DNA of 64,000 nt from a virus, in the IMG/VR virus record IMGVR_UViG_3300043446_004500, positions 89,678 to 153,677 of that record. One strand, 5' to 3'. Shown here one piece after another: positions 47,901 through 56,507 of this stretch. Positions within the stretch are counted from its first letter, which is position 1; the number at the start of each line of letters is the position of its first letter. The notes under the pieces are model-generated. The model was not told where the DNA came from. It saw only the letters and a list, made by a program, of their open reading frames with translations, and made no database searches. The position numbers and the translations under genes are program-made.

Positions 47901-49595
47901 ACTGTTGGAACTCAGTACTTAGCAGCAACAGGTAATAGTTCTTATGGTTACTTTGGTGGTGGTGTTCCATCATCATCAAGAGTAGACCGTATTGATTATT
48001 CAAGTAATACCGTATCAACATCAACTAAAGGACCATTAAGTCTTGCTAGAGGATACTTAGCAGCAACAGGTAACAGTTCTTATGGTTACTTTGGTGGTGG
48101 TTATCCTGGTATATATTCAACAGTAGACCGTATTGATTATGCTAATGATACTGCAACTGCATCACCTAAAGGACCATTAAGTGCTGGTAGATATGACTTA
48201 GCAGCAACAGGTAATGAAAGTTATGGATACTTTGGTGGTGGTCCTAACACTCCTTCTACAATTGTATCTCGTCAAAAAATTGATAAAATTGATTATTCAA
48301 ATGATACTGCAACAGCAGTTTGGAAATCTGCATTTGGAAACTTGAAATATCAACATTCTGCAACAGGAAATAAAAATTATGGTTACTTTGGTGGAGGTGT
48401 TTCTCCATATTCAACCAAGGTAGAAAGACTTGATTATGCAAGTGATATGCTCTGGGCAACTACAAGATCTAGTTTGTCTCCTGCATTTTCAACATATAGT
48501 GCGGCAACTGGTAGTTCTTCATTTGGATACTGGAGTGGTAAATATCCTGCAATTTCAACAGTAGATCGTTTAGATTATTCTAGTGATACTACGAATACAG
48601 TTACTAAAGGACCATTAAATACAAAAAGAGGACTTCATGCAGGGTGTAGTCCTGTTGCAAATGGTATTGGTCTCACACCAGTTCCAGTTCCTGCTGCACC
48701 AGGAGCACCAGTTCCTACAAGTGGTTATTTTGGTGGTGGTTTTTCGTATTATCCTGGCGGTTCACTCAAGATTGAAAGAATTGATTATTCAAATGATACT
48801 GCAACATCATCCTGGAGAGCATCATTAAATAACCTAAGATATTACTTAGCAGCAACAGGTAATAGTTCTTATGGTTACTTTGGTGCTGGTGGTGCTCCTG
48901 GTGTTCCAACAATATCAACAGTAGAACGTATTGATTATTCTACAGATTATCAAATTGCACTTACTAAAGGACCATTAAGTCTTGCTAGAGGATACTTAGC
49001 AGCAACAGGTAACAGTTCTTATGGTTATTTTGGTGGTGGGTGGCCTGGTCCATATTCAACAGTAGACCGTATTGATTATGCTAATGATACTGCAACAGCA
49101 TCGCCTAAAGGACCATTGAGTCTTGCTAGATATGGTGTAGTAGCAACAGGTAACAGTTCTTATGGTTACTTTGGTGGTGGTTATGCTCCTGGTCCAAGAT
49201 CAACAGTAGATCGTATTGATTATGCTAATGATACTGCAACAGCATCACCTAAAGGACCATTAAGTGCCGCAAAATATTTCTTAGCAGCAACAGGAAATAG
49301 TTCTTATGGTTACTTTGGTGGTGGTGCTCCTAGTCCATATTCAACAGTAGACCGTATTGATTATGCTAATGATACTGCAACAGCATCACCTAAAGGACCA
49401 TTGAGTCTTGCTAGATATGGTGTAGTAGCAACAGGTAACAGTTCTTATGGATACTTTGGTGGTGGTTATTCTGCTTATTCAAGAGTAGACCGTATTGATT
49501 ACTCTAATGATACTGCAACAGCATCACCTAAAGGACCACTAAGTGAAGCAAGTTATTATCTTTCTGCTTGTAGTCCTGTTGCTAACGGTCTATAA
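44928..49595 (+). CDS. Kelch-like repeat protein, 5 x 6-blade propellers
   Basis: 30 repeats of the same unit in five groups of six, separated by Pro-rich linkers. Confidence 0.85.
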   Translation: MATNTRGIFALLDVRERQNTGYWPVKSGVWLSPSPYYGPAPDVGYFGGAQPANSTVDRVDYSNDTATASVRGPLSLARGYLAATGSNSYGYFGGGWTPGSVSTVDRINYSNDTATASPKGPLSLARYGLVATGSNSYGYFGGGRADYSTVDRIDYSNDTATASPKGPLSAARGYLAATGNSSYGYFGGGLTVSRVDRIDYSNDTATASPKGPLSIARYALAATGNSSYGYFGGGTPARSTVDRIDYANDTATAVAKGPLSAIRYRLAATGNSSFGYFGGGFASSTVDRIDYSNDTATAVAKGPLSSARYYLAASSPKANAITNSVLLPSSGGTINFGTGTVATPNTGYFGGGTPGPISTVDRIDYSNDTATAVAKGPLILARLYLAATGNGSYGYFGGGNGPVSTVDRINYSNDTTTASPKGPLSAGRYWLAATGNNSYGYFAAGRPTGVSTVDRIDYSNDTATASPKGPLNSGKLALTATGNQSYGYFGGGYASISTVDRIDYANDTATASPKGLLSVGKGMFAATGNSSYGYFGGGNYSTPNSSVDRIDYSNDTATASPKGPLSAGRGGLSATGTSSYGYFGGGNGPVSRVDRIDYSNDTATASPKGPLSAARTYLASSSARANGFSPVVNTTLPPANTIFQKFPVFFYGYFIGGAPGPLSTIDRIDYTNDTITASPRGTLSAGRAGGAGTGSSSYGYFGGGAVSSVSRIDYSNDSLLPSPGLNLLSRGPLNVSRQYFGAAGNYNYGWFGGGSPSITTVDRIDYANDTATASPKGNLTSVTLGNAATGNKDYGYWAGGYSPSYNQLVDRIDYANDTATAPSRTALSSARGLFSATGNKDYGYFGGGYNPAAISTVDRLDYANDTVFLVSKGPLSAARYGLAATGNTTNGYFGGGAPGTYSTVDRIDYSNDTATASPKGPLSLARYYFGANTSIINLLDYASYTPSSAPATPPPTSAYFGGGNDDTKALQSIERIDYANDTATATNDSCLTVGTQYLAATGNSSYGYFGGGVPSSSRVDRIDYSSNTVSTSTKGPLSLARGYLAATGNSSYGYFGGGYPGIYSTVDRIDYANDTATASPKGPLSAGRYDLAATGNESYGYFGGGPNTPSTIVSRQKIDKIDYSNDTATAVWKSAFGNLKYQHSATGNKNYGYFGGGVSPYSTKVERLDYASDMLWATTRSSLSPAFSTYSAATGSSSFGYWSGKYPAISTVDRLDYSSDTTNTVTKGPLNTKRGLHAGCSPVANGIGLTPVPVPAAPGAPVPTSGYFGGGFSYYPGGSLKIERIDYSNDTATSSWRASLNNLRYYLAATGNSSYGYFGAGGAPGVPTISTVERIDYSTDYQIALTKGPLSLARGYLAATGNSSYGYFGGGWPGPYSTVDRIDYANDTATASPKGPLSLARYGVVATGNSSYGYFGGGYAPGPRSTVDRIDYANDTATASPKGPLSAAKYFLAATGNSSYGYFGGGAPSPYSTVDRIDYANDTATASPKGPLSLARYGVVATGNSSYGYFGGGYSAYSRVDRIDYSNDTATASPKGPLSEASYYLSACSPVANGL

Positions 49596-49598
49596 ATA
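49591..49598 (+). promoter_or_regulatory. Late promoter TATAAATA
   Basis: Exact consensus overlapping the stop codon of the propeller gene. Confidence 0.7.
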
Positions 49599-49616
49599 CT
49601 CAAAACAACTTAGATT

Positions 49617-50279
49617 ATGATTGATAATCCTCTTTCTTATGTTCTCATTCGCCCTAATGTTATCAATCCAGAAGGTCTTCAAGAACTTATAACTCATATC
49701 AAATCTTCACCTGCAGAAGACCTTTCTGTTTTTGATCCAGATAAAACAAATGCAACTGGACAAACATCTTGGATTGTTGATAAGGAAACCAGAGATACTC
49801 AAATTGTTGCTATGGGTAATCTCTATCCAAAGATTGAAGACCTACTGAGAAATGCAGTCAAACATATCATTAATCCTTTCTATCAATGTGAAGTAGATAG
49901 TAGTGAAATACCACAAGTTCTTTCTTATGGTATTGGAGGTCATTATCGTCCTCATATTGATGGAGAAAGCATTTGGGTAACTCCTAGAGGTGAAAAGATT
50001 TGGAAAAAAAGTACAAATAGAGATTTATCTATTGTTTTTTTCTTGAATAATGATTTTGAAGGTGGTGATTTTGTGTTTCCAGATTTAAAAGTAAGAGTAA
50101 GACCAGAACCAGGAATGATGGTATGTTTTCCATCTAATCATCATTATATGCACGGAGTTGAATCAGTCACCAAAGGAAAAAGATATTCAATTGTAACTTG
50201 GGCAACTGTAAAAGGATTTCCATCAATGAATGAGGTTAATCAACAACTTTCACAGGAGTATGGAGTTCCTGTAATATAA
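49617..50279 (+). CDS. Prolyl-4-hydroxylase-like 2OG-Fe(II) oxygenase
   Basis: Y..GGHYRPHID, LSIVFFLNNDFEGG, HGVESVTKGKRYSIVTW. Confidence 0.88.
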   Translation: MIDNPLSYVLIRPNVINPEGLQELITHIKSSPAEDLSVFDPDKTNATGQTSWIVDKETRDTQIVAMGNLYPKIEDLLRNAVKHIINPFYQCEVDSSEIPQVLSYGIGGHYRPHIDGESIWVTPRGEKIWKKSTNRDLSIVFFLNNDFEGGDFVFPDLKVRVRPEPGMMVCFPSNHHYMHGVESVTKGKRYSIVTWATVKGFPSMNEVNQQLSQEYGVPVI

Positions 50280-50282
50280 ATA
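50275..50282 (+). promoter_or_regulatory. Late promoter TATAAATA
   Basis: Exact consensus. Confidence 0.7.
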
Positions 50283-50303
50283 CTCACAAACATTTATAAT
50301 AAA

Positions 50304-50690
50304 ATGCAATATTTAAAGCACTATTGGATTCATGCACACTCAGGCACTTATTGCTGTGAAGATAATCCTGTTGAAAAGAGACATCCAGAAGTAGAATTTC
50401 CTGGTCTTGATGTAAAAATCTGGATGCACGATGAAAATGGAATTGATGTATGCCTCTCTACAGTTCCAGATGGTGTTTCTATTGTGGATGTTATTGATGA
50501 ACACAGTACAAGAAAAGTAGTTCAAAAATTAACTGAGGTAGAATTTAATTCAGTTCAAGATCCACTTCTTGAATCACAAACTCTTCGTCAAGAAGCACAA
50601 CAAGAAACTAATGAAACTTTAAAGGCAGAAAAAGAAGCAGCAGCAGATGCTAAATTTGAAGAAGCACAACAAGCACTTTTTGCTCTTTAA
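50304..50690 (+). CDS. Hypothetical protein (possible fibre assembly chaperone)
   Basis: ORF with its own late promoter, inside the island. Confidence 0.6.
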   Translation: MQYLKHYWIHAHSGTYCCEDNPVEKRHPEVEFPGLDVKIWMHDENGIDVCLSTVPDGVSIVDVIDEHSTRKVVQKLTEVEFNSVQDPLLESQTLRQEAQQETNETLKAEKEAAADAKFEEAQQALFAL

Positions 50691-50765
50691 TGAATAAAAA
50701 ATATGATTATTAAGGTATTGTGGATATTTTAATAAATAAAGAATAGGAAGAATTAATTATTAAAA

Positions 50766-52913
50766 ATGTCTAATAATAGAGAACTTTCTCAGTTTGGTTC
50801 TTTTGTTAATGTTAATGATAATACAACAAACATAGGAATTGCTACTGGTAGTTCTCTAGTTGGTATTGGAACTACATTTCCAACATCAAAATTGGATGTT
50901 ATTGGCGATGTAAAAATATCTGGAGTAACAACTGCATCCGTTTTTAGTGGTAGTGGAATATTATTAACAGATCTACCAAATACAACATTTTTATTCAATT
51001 CAACAGGAATACATACAACATCAAATGTTGGAATTGGAACTACAACAGCATCTTCAACATTAACAGTTCAAGGAAATGCTCTTGTAACAGGAATAGTAAC
51101 TGCTTCATCTTTTTTTGGAAATGGTGCAGGATTAACTGATGTTTTTAGTAGAGTATCAATTTCTTCTGAAGGCACAGTTGTAGGTTCTGCGATTACATCC
51201 TTAGACTATAGAGGTCCTGGAATTTCTTCTATTGTAGCTTCTTCTGGAATAGCAACTATAACGTTTGTTTCAGTTCAAGGAACAACAGGAACTCAAGGTA
51301 CTACAGGAACTCAAGGTGCTACTGGTACTCAAGGTGCTACTGGTACTCAAGGTGCTACTGGTACTCAAGGTATTCAAGGTCGCCAAGGCACTACAGGTAC
51401 TCAAGGTGCTACTGGTACTCAAGGATCTAATGGTGTTCAAGGATCAACGGGTTCTGGTGCTCAAGGTACTACAGGTACTCAAGGTGCATCAGGTACTCAG
51501 GGTGCATCAGGTGCTCAAGGTGCATCAGGAACTTCAGTTCAAGGATCTGCAGGAGCAAGTGTTCAAGGTACTACAGGTACTCAAGGTGCATCAGGTACTC
51601 AAGGCACTACAGGAACTCAAGGTGCATCAGGAACTTCAGTTCAAGGATCTGCAGGAGCAAGTGTTCAAGGAACTACAGGAACTCAGGGTGTCACAGGAAC
51701 TTCAGTTCAAGGGACTACAGGAGCTCAGGGTGCTACAGGAACTCAAGGTACAATAGGAACTTCAGTTCAAGGAACTACAGGAACTCAAGGTGCATCAGGT
51801 ACTCAAGGCACTACAGGAACTCAAGGTGCATCAGGAACTTCAGTTCAAGGTGCCACAGGAACTCAGGGTACTACAGGATCAGGTACTCAAGGTTCTACTG
51901 GTACTCAAGGTGCTACAGGAACTCAAGGTATTCAAGGTCGTCAAGGAACTACAGGTTCTCAAGGAACTACAGGTTCTCAAGGAACTACAGGTACTCAAGG
52001 AACAATAGGAACTCAAGGATTTCAAGGACCACAAGGTGCTACAGGAACACAAGGTGCTACAGGAACTCAAGGAACAACAGGTACTCAAGGTTCTTCAGGG
52101 CCAGGAACAACAATTAACGCAACATCAACAACAACAGATGCATCTTTTTATCCAGTATTTGTTTCTACAATTGGTTCTGCTACAACCGCAAGAGCAGAAA
52201 GTGGATTTATAATAAATCCGGGAGCAAACACTTTTACAATATCTTCCGGAAAACTTGTTGTAGATAGAACTGATAATCCATCTTTAGGAACTTACTTTGA
52301 AGTCACTTCTCCTATTGGAACCAGATTTTCCGTGGTAGAAGGTAATTCGGGATCATCAACACCCTCCGAGGCACTGTCACTTAAACTAGGCGCTAATAGA
52401 AGTTATATATCTGTCGATAAATCTTTTGTCCCTTATGTAGATAATAGCCTTTCATTAGGCGGATCCGGTAGTCTTAATTCCGTAGCATACAATCTTAGAT
52501 GGACTGCAGTTTGGGCAGTTAACGGGACTATTCAAACATCAGACCAAAGAGAAAAAACAAATATTAATACTTCAGATCTTGGATTAAACTTTATAGAAAA
52601 ACTTAATCCAGTATCATATAAATGGATTGTTGGTAAAAATGAAATTGATAAAGATGATATTAATATTATAACTCCAATTCCAGGAAAAAGACTTCATTAT
52701 GGATTATTGGCACAAGAAGTCAAACAGGCATATGAAGAGTGTGGTGCTGCTGATTTTGGTGGTTGGATTTTAACAGATGCAGAGGATCCAGATAGTTCTC
52801 AAGGTTTAAGATATGACCAGTTCATTGCTCCATTGATTAAAGCAGTTCAAGAACAACAGGAGATGATTAATTCACTTAAGCAAGAAATTGAAAATTTGAA
52901 GTCTCAAATATGA
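50766..52913 (+). CDS. Collagen-like tail fibre with C-terminal S74 intramolecular chaperone
   Basis: VGIGTT repeats, Gly-X-Y tract, TSDQREKTNI...LNPVSYKW..HYGLLAQEV..LRYDQFIAPLIKAVQE. Confidence 0.85.
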   Translation: MSNNRELSQFGSFVNVNDNTTNIGIATGSSLVGIGTTFPTSKLDVIGDVKISGVTTASVFSGSGILLTDLPNTTFLFNSTGIHTTSNVGIGTTTASSTLTVQGNALVTGIVTASSFFGNGAGLTDVFSRVSISSEGTVVGSAITSLDYRGPGISSIVASSGIATITFVSVQGTTGTQGTTGTQGATGTQGATGTQGATGTQGIQGRQGTTGTQGATGTQGSNGVQGSTGSGAQGTTGTQGASGTQGASGAQGASGTSVQGSAGASVQGTTGTQGASGTQGTTGTQGASGTSVQGSAGASVQGTTGTQGVTGTSVQGTTGAQGATGTQGTIGTSVQGTTGTQGASGTQGTTGTQGASGTSVQGATGTQGTTGSGTQGSTGTQGATGTQGIQGRQGTTGSQGTTGSQGTTGTQGTIGTQGFQGPQGATGTQGATGTQGTTGTQGSSGPGTTINATSTTTDASFYPVFVSTIGSATTARAESGFIINPGANTFTISSGKLVVDRTDNPSLGTYFEVTSPIGTRFSVVEGNSGSSTPSEALSLKLGANRSYISVDKSFVPYVDNSLSLGGSGSLNSVAYNLRWTAVWAVNGTIQTSDQREKTNINTSDLGLNFIEKLNPVSYKWIVGKNEIDKDDINIITPIPGKRLHYGLLAQEVKQAYEECGAADFGGWILTDAEDPDSSQGLRYDQFIAPLIKAVQEQQEMINSLKQEIENLKSQI
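51278..52100 (+). repeat. Collagen-coding tandem repeats with GTSVQ interruptions
   Basis: GGTACTCAA/GGTGCTACT/GGAACTACA units. Confidence 0.88.
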
Positions 52914-52948
52914 ACTAAATAAGTCAAAGCATTTTTTTGAATTATTTT

Positions 52949-53926
52949 ATGATTAACTTTGTAAAACTTGCATTAGAGAATGGTGGAGTTATTAAACCAC
53001 TTCTTATTAATTCACAAGATCTTTCAGGACCATCACTGACAAATCCATCAGTTCTTGTAGTAGATGGGAAAATTATAGTTAATATTAGAAATGTAAATTA
53101 TACTTTATATCACTCAGAACTCAACAAGTTTGAGCATATGTGGGGTCCTTTGTCATATATTCATCCAGAGAATGATATGCATCTCAGAACTGCAAATTAT
53201 ATTGCAGAACTAGATGAAAACTTGGATATTGTTCACTATTCAAAAATAGATACATCAAAGTTTGATACTTATCAACCACAATGGGAATTTGTTGGGTTGG
53301 AAGATGTTCGTCTCATTAACTGGAACAATAAAATTTATGGAATAGGTGTCAGAAGAGACTTAGACACTATTGGGACTGGAAGAATGGAAATTTCAGAACT
53401 AGAATTTAATGAAAATTCTGTTAAGGAAGTTTCTAGATATCGTATTCCTGGACCACCACCAGATAATGAATACTGTATGAAAAATTGCACTCCAATTGAA
53501 GGAATGCCATTTCATCTTTTAAAGTGGACCAATCCGACTTGCTTAATGGAATTTTTTCCAGAAGGAAAAGAAAGTCAGGCATTTGAAACAACAAAACATA
53601 ATTCAAAAGCAAATGATATGAGAGGTGGTTCTCAAGTCATTCGTTATAAAGATGGTTATCTGACTCTAATTCACGAAACAGATTTATATAATTCAGAACA
53701 AGGAAATAAAAATGCAACCTATCGTCATAGATTCGTATTATGGGACAAAGATTTTAAGAATCAAAGATTTTCTAAGTTATTTTCTTTCTTAAATATGAAA
53801 ATTGAATTCTGCTGTGGAATTGCAGAATATCAAGATGATTATCTAATTACATTTGGAGCACAAGACAACACAGCATATATTCTCAAAGTATCAAAATCTT
53901 TTGTGGAGGACTTTATCAATGAATGA
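52949..53926 (+). CDS. Glycoside hydrolase-like five-blade propeller protein
   Basis: NPSV, GLEDVRL, KNCTP, MRGGSQ, IEFCCG..YLITFGAQD: a pattern seen in GH130/GH43-clan-like viral proteins. Confidence 0.55.
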   Translation: MINFVKLALENGGVIKPLLINSQDLSGPSLTNPSVLVVDGKIIVNIRNVNYTLYHSELNKFEHMWGPLSYIHPENDMHLRTANYIAELDENLDIVHYSKIDTSKFDTYQPQWEFVGLEDVRLINWNNKIYGIGVRRDLDTIGTGRMEISELEFNENSVKEVSRYRIPGPPPDNEYCMKNCTPIEGMPFHLLKWTNPTCLMEFFPEGKESQAFETTKHNSKANDMRGGSQVIRYKDGYLTLIHETDLYNSEQGNKNATYRHRFVLWDKDFKNQRFSKLFSFLNMKIEFCCGIAEYQDDYLITFGAQDNTAYILKVSKSFVEDFINE

Positions 53927-55805
53927 ACTAATTGATTTTTCATTAGACACTGAAAACGGCGAAAAGAATTTTAATCTTGCAGTTTGGTATGAGAGACAAG
54001 GGCATACTGCTCCAGCACATACTTATTACCTAAGAGCAGCAGAAAGAACAGAGGATAAAATTCTTGCCTATGCTGCACTTTTAAGAGCATCCTTTTGTTA
54101 TCGTTCTCAAGGTTCAAGAGATGGAACTGAAAAGATTTTGTTGGAGAATGCGTTAGTGTTTCTTCCAGAAAGACCAGAAGCATATTATTTCCTTTCACTA
54201 TTCTATGAAAGAAAAAAGGAATGGCAAAATTGTCATATCTATGCAAATCTTGGTTTAGAACAATACAAAAGAAAAGTTGAAAAGATTAATATTCCAGAAT
54301 ATCGTGGAAAATACGCACTTATCTTTCAAAAAGCAATTTCTGCTTGGTGGTGGGGAAGAGCAATGGAATCCAGAGAACTTCTTCATTCTCTTGTAGATAA
54401 CTACTGGAATGAAATGGATGAGGGTCACAAAAATTCAGTAGAAGATAATATCACTCGTTTAGGTTCTGGTCCAGAATCTCAAGCATTTCACACTTATACG
54501 AAGCAAGATCACTCAAATTTAAGATATAAATTTTCTGGTTCTTCAAATGTAGAAAGAAACTATTCTCAAGTTTATCAGGATATGTTCATTCTTTCTATGA
54601 CAAATGGAAAGAAAAATGGAACTTTCTTGGAGATTGGTGGAGCTGAACCATTTAAAGGAAATAATACAGCACTTCTTGAAAAAGATTTTGGATGGAGAGG
54701 AGTTTCAATTGAATATGATGAAAAGTTTATTGCAAACTATAGAATCAATAGAACCGCAAAACTTCTGCACGATGATGCCCTTACAGTTGATTATGAAAAA
54801 CTTCTCAAAGATAATTTTGAAGGAAACGTAATTGATTATCTTCAATTAGATATTGAACCAGCAAGAAATACTTACGAGTGTATGTTAAGAGTACCTTTTA
54901 ATAAGTATAAGTTTGCTGTAATTACTTATGAACATGATTACTACGTAGATATTACAAAGTCTTTCCGTGAAAAATCAAGAGAATTTTTGAGATCTAAAGG
55001 ATATGTCTTAGTTGCTAATGATATTTCTCCTGATGGCAAATCAAACTTTGAAGATTGGTGGGTTCATCCAGATTTAGTTGATGCCGATATTCTGCAGAAA
55101 ATGCAACATGTGACAAATCATACTCAAGACTGTAGGGATTATATTTTTGCGAGGATCAATGATACTGAAAAAGTTGAAGGGACTAAAAAGATTGAAGAAA
55201 TAAAAATCAATTTTTTTAACATTAACCAAAACTCAAAATTAACTTCTTGGGCCGTAGATAATTTTTATGAAAATCCAGATGAAATTCGTAAATTTGCTTT
55301 AGAACAAGATTATATTGAAGGTGGTTTTGGTAGAGGATTTATTGGAAGAAGAACAGAAAAGCAATTTTTATTTCCAGGTCTTAAAGAGAGATTTGAAGAG
55401 ATTATGGGAACAAGAATCACCGAATGGGAAAGTCATGGAATGAATGGTAGATTCCAAATTGCTTGGAGTGGAGAACCATTAGTTTATCATTGTGATAGTC
55501 AAAGATGGGCTGGAATGTTATATCTAACACCAGAAGCACCATATCAATGCGGCACTACTTTATATGCTCATAAAAAGACAAGAGCAAGAACTTACCACGA
55601 CCAAGGATGGGATGTTTCTTGGAAAGATGTTCCTGGAGATCCGCACCTGGATAGAACACCTTGGGAACCAGTTGATGTTCTTGGAAATGTCTACAATAGA
55701 CTTGTTATCTTTGATGCAAGTTGTATTCATTCTGCCTCAGAGTATTTTGGAACTGTAAAAGACAATGCGAGACTCTGGCAGATGTTTTTCTTTGATGCGG
55801 AGTAA
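53919..55805 (+). CDS. Fusion: TPR + FkbM-like methyltransferase + DUF6445-like oxygenase
   Basis: PERPEAYYFLS (TPR); YSQVYQD.F..GTFLEIG..NNT.LLE..WRG..IDYLQLDIEP; VDNFYENPD..YHCD..YNRLVIFD..HSA. Confidence 0.75.
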   Translation: MNELIDFSLDTENGEKNFNLAVWYERQGHTAPAHTYYLRAAERTEDKILAYAALLRASFCYRSQGSRDGTEKILLENALVFLPERPEAYYFLSLFYERKKEWQNCHIYANLGLEQYKRKVEKINIPEYRGKYALIFQKAISAWWWGRAMESRELLHSLVDNYWNEMDEGHKNSVEDNITRLGSGPESQAFHTYTKQDHSNLRYKFSGSSNVERNYSQVYQDMFILSMTNGKKNGTFLEIGGAEPFKGNNTALLEKDFGWRGVSIEYDEKFIANYRINRTAKLLHDDALTVDYEKLLKDNFEGNVIDYLQLDIEPARNTYECMLRVPFNKYKFAVITYEHDYYVDITKSFREKSREFLRSKGYVLVANDISPDGKSNFEDWWVHPDLVDADILQKMQHVTNHTQDCRDYIFARINDTEKVEGTKKIEEIKINFFNINQNSKLTSWAVDNFYENPDEIRKFALEQDYIEGGFGRGFIGRRTEKQFLFPGLKERFEEIMGTRITEWESHGMNGRFQIAWSGEPLVYHCDSQRWAGMLYLTPEAPYQCGTTLYAHKKTRARTYHDQGWDVSWKDVPGDPHLDRTPWEPVDVLGNVYNRLVIFDASCIHSASEYFGTVKDNARLWQMFFFDAE

Positions 55806-55808
55806 AAA

Positions 55809-56432
55809 ATGAAGTATATTGAAGATTCTTTTATTTTAAATTATACAGAAAGATTTTGGGCAAATATTGTTTCTCTTTCAGAAGAAACAATGCAATATTT
55901 GTGGGAAGAAATAAAGCAAGCAGAACAAAATCAAGTATCACACAAATCAAATCTTGCAGGCAATATTTCAAGTTCTTTATTGCTTTTTGACAATAATAAA
56001 TTTATGTCAGAAAAATTAATTCCCGAAATTGTTGAAACTCAATACGATTATTATCAAGAAAAAATTCAAAAAGATTTAAATAATCCAGACCTTTCTGGGT
56101 ATTGGGTTAATTTTCAGAAGAAACATGAATTTAATCCAATTCACAATCATGGAGGTGTGATTTCATTCGTAATTTGGATGAAAATTCCTTATAGTTGGGA
56201 AGATGAAATAAAAATTGATATTGTCAAGGACTCAAATACAAAAAATAATATTGGAAATTTTGTATTTGTTTATCCAAAAGACCATTATATTCATACAAAT
56301 GAAATCACTATGAATCCTCAGATGGAAGGAAGAATGGCAATATTTCCATCATATTTCAATCATATGGTTTATCCATTCTATACGAGTGATGAATCCAGAA
56401 TCTCAATATCAGGAAACGTTGAGTTTATGTGA
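55809..56432 (+). CDS. 2OG-Fe(II) oxygenase-like protein
   Basis: WVNFQKKHEFNPIHNH, IFPSYFNHMVYPF, RISISGN. Confidence 0.8.
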   Translation: MKYIEDSFILNYTERFWANIVSLSEETMQYLWEEIKQAEQNQVSHKSNLAGNISSSLLLFDNNKFMSEKLIPEIVETQYDYYQEKIQKDLNNPDLSGYWVNFQKKHEFNPIHNHGGVISFVIWMKIPYSWEDEIKIDIVKDSNTKNNIGNFVFVYPKDHYIHTNEITMNPQMEGRMAIFPSYFNHMVYPFYTSDESRISISGNVEFM

Positions 56433-56486
56433 CACTTTTAAAACTGTCCACTGACCTTCCAGAATTGCTCTGGAAGGTTTTATAGT
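56429..56486 (+). promoter_or_regulatory. Repeated early promoter element, copy 1
   Basis: GTGACACTTTTAAAACTGTCCAC, hairpin ACCTTCCAGA/TCTGGAAGGT, then TATAGT. Confidence 0.7.
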
Positions 56487-56507
56487 ATCTTCAGTCGCAA
56501 AGAGACC

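Noticed and set aside
41200-49560. Constant/variable repeat array as a CRISPR array
   Set aside because: Repeats are ~140 nt, in frame and protein-coding; the variable parts are too short for spacers; no cas genes in the window.
41065-49595. Diversity-generating retroelement TR/VR pair
   Set aside because: No reverse transcriptase in the window; variation includes indels and is not visibly adenine-specific.
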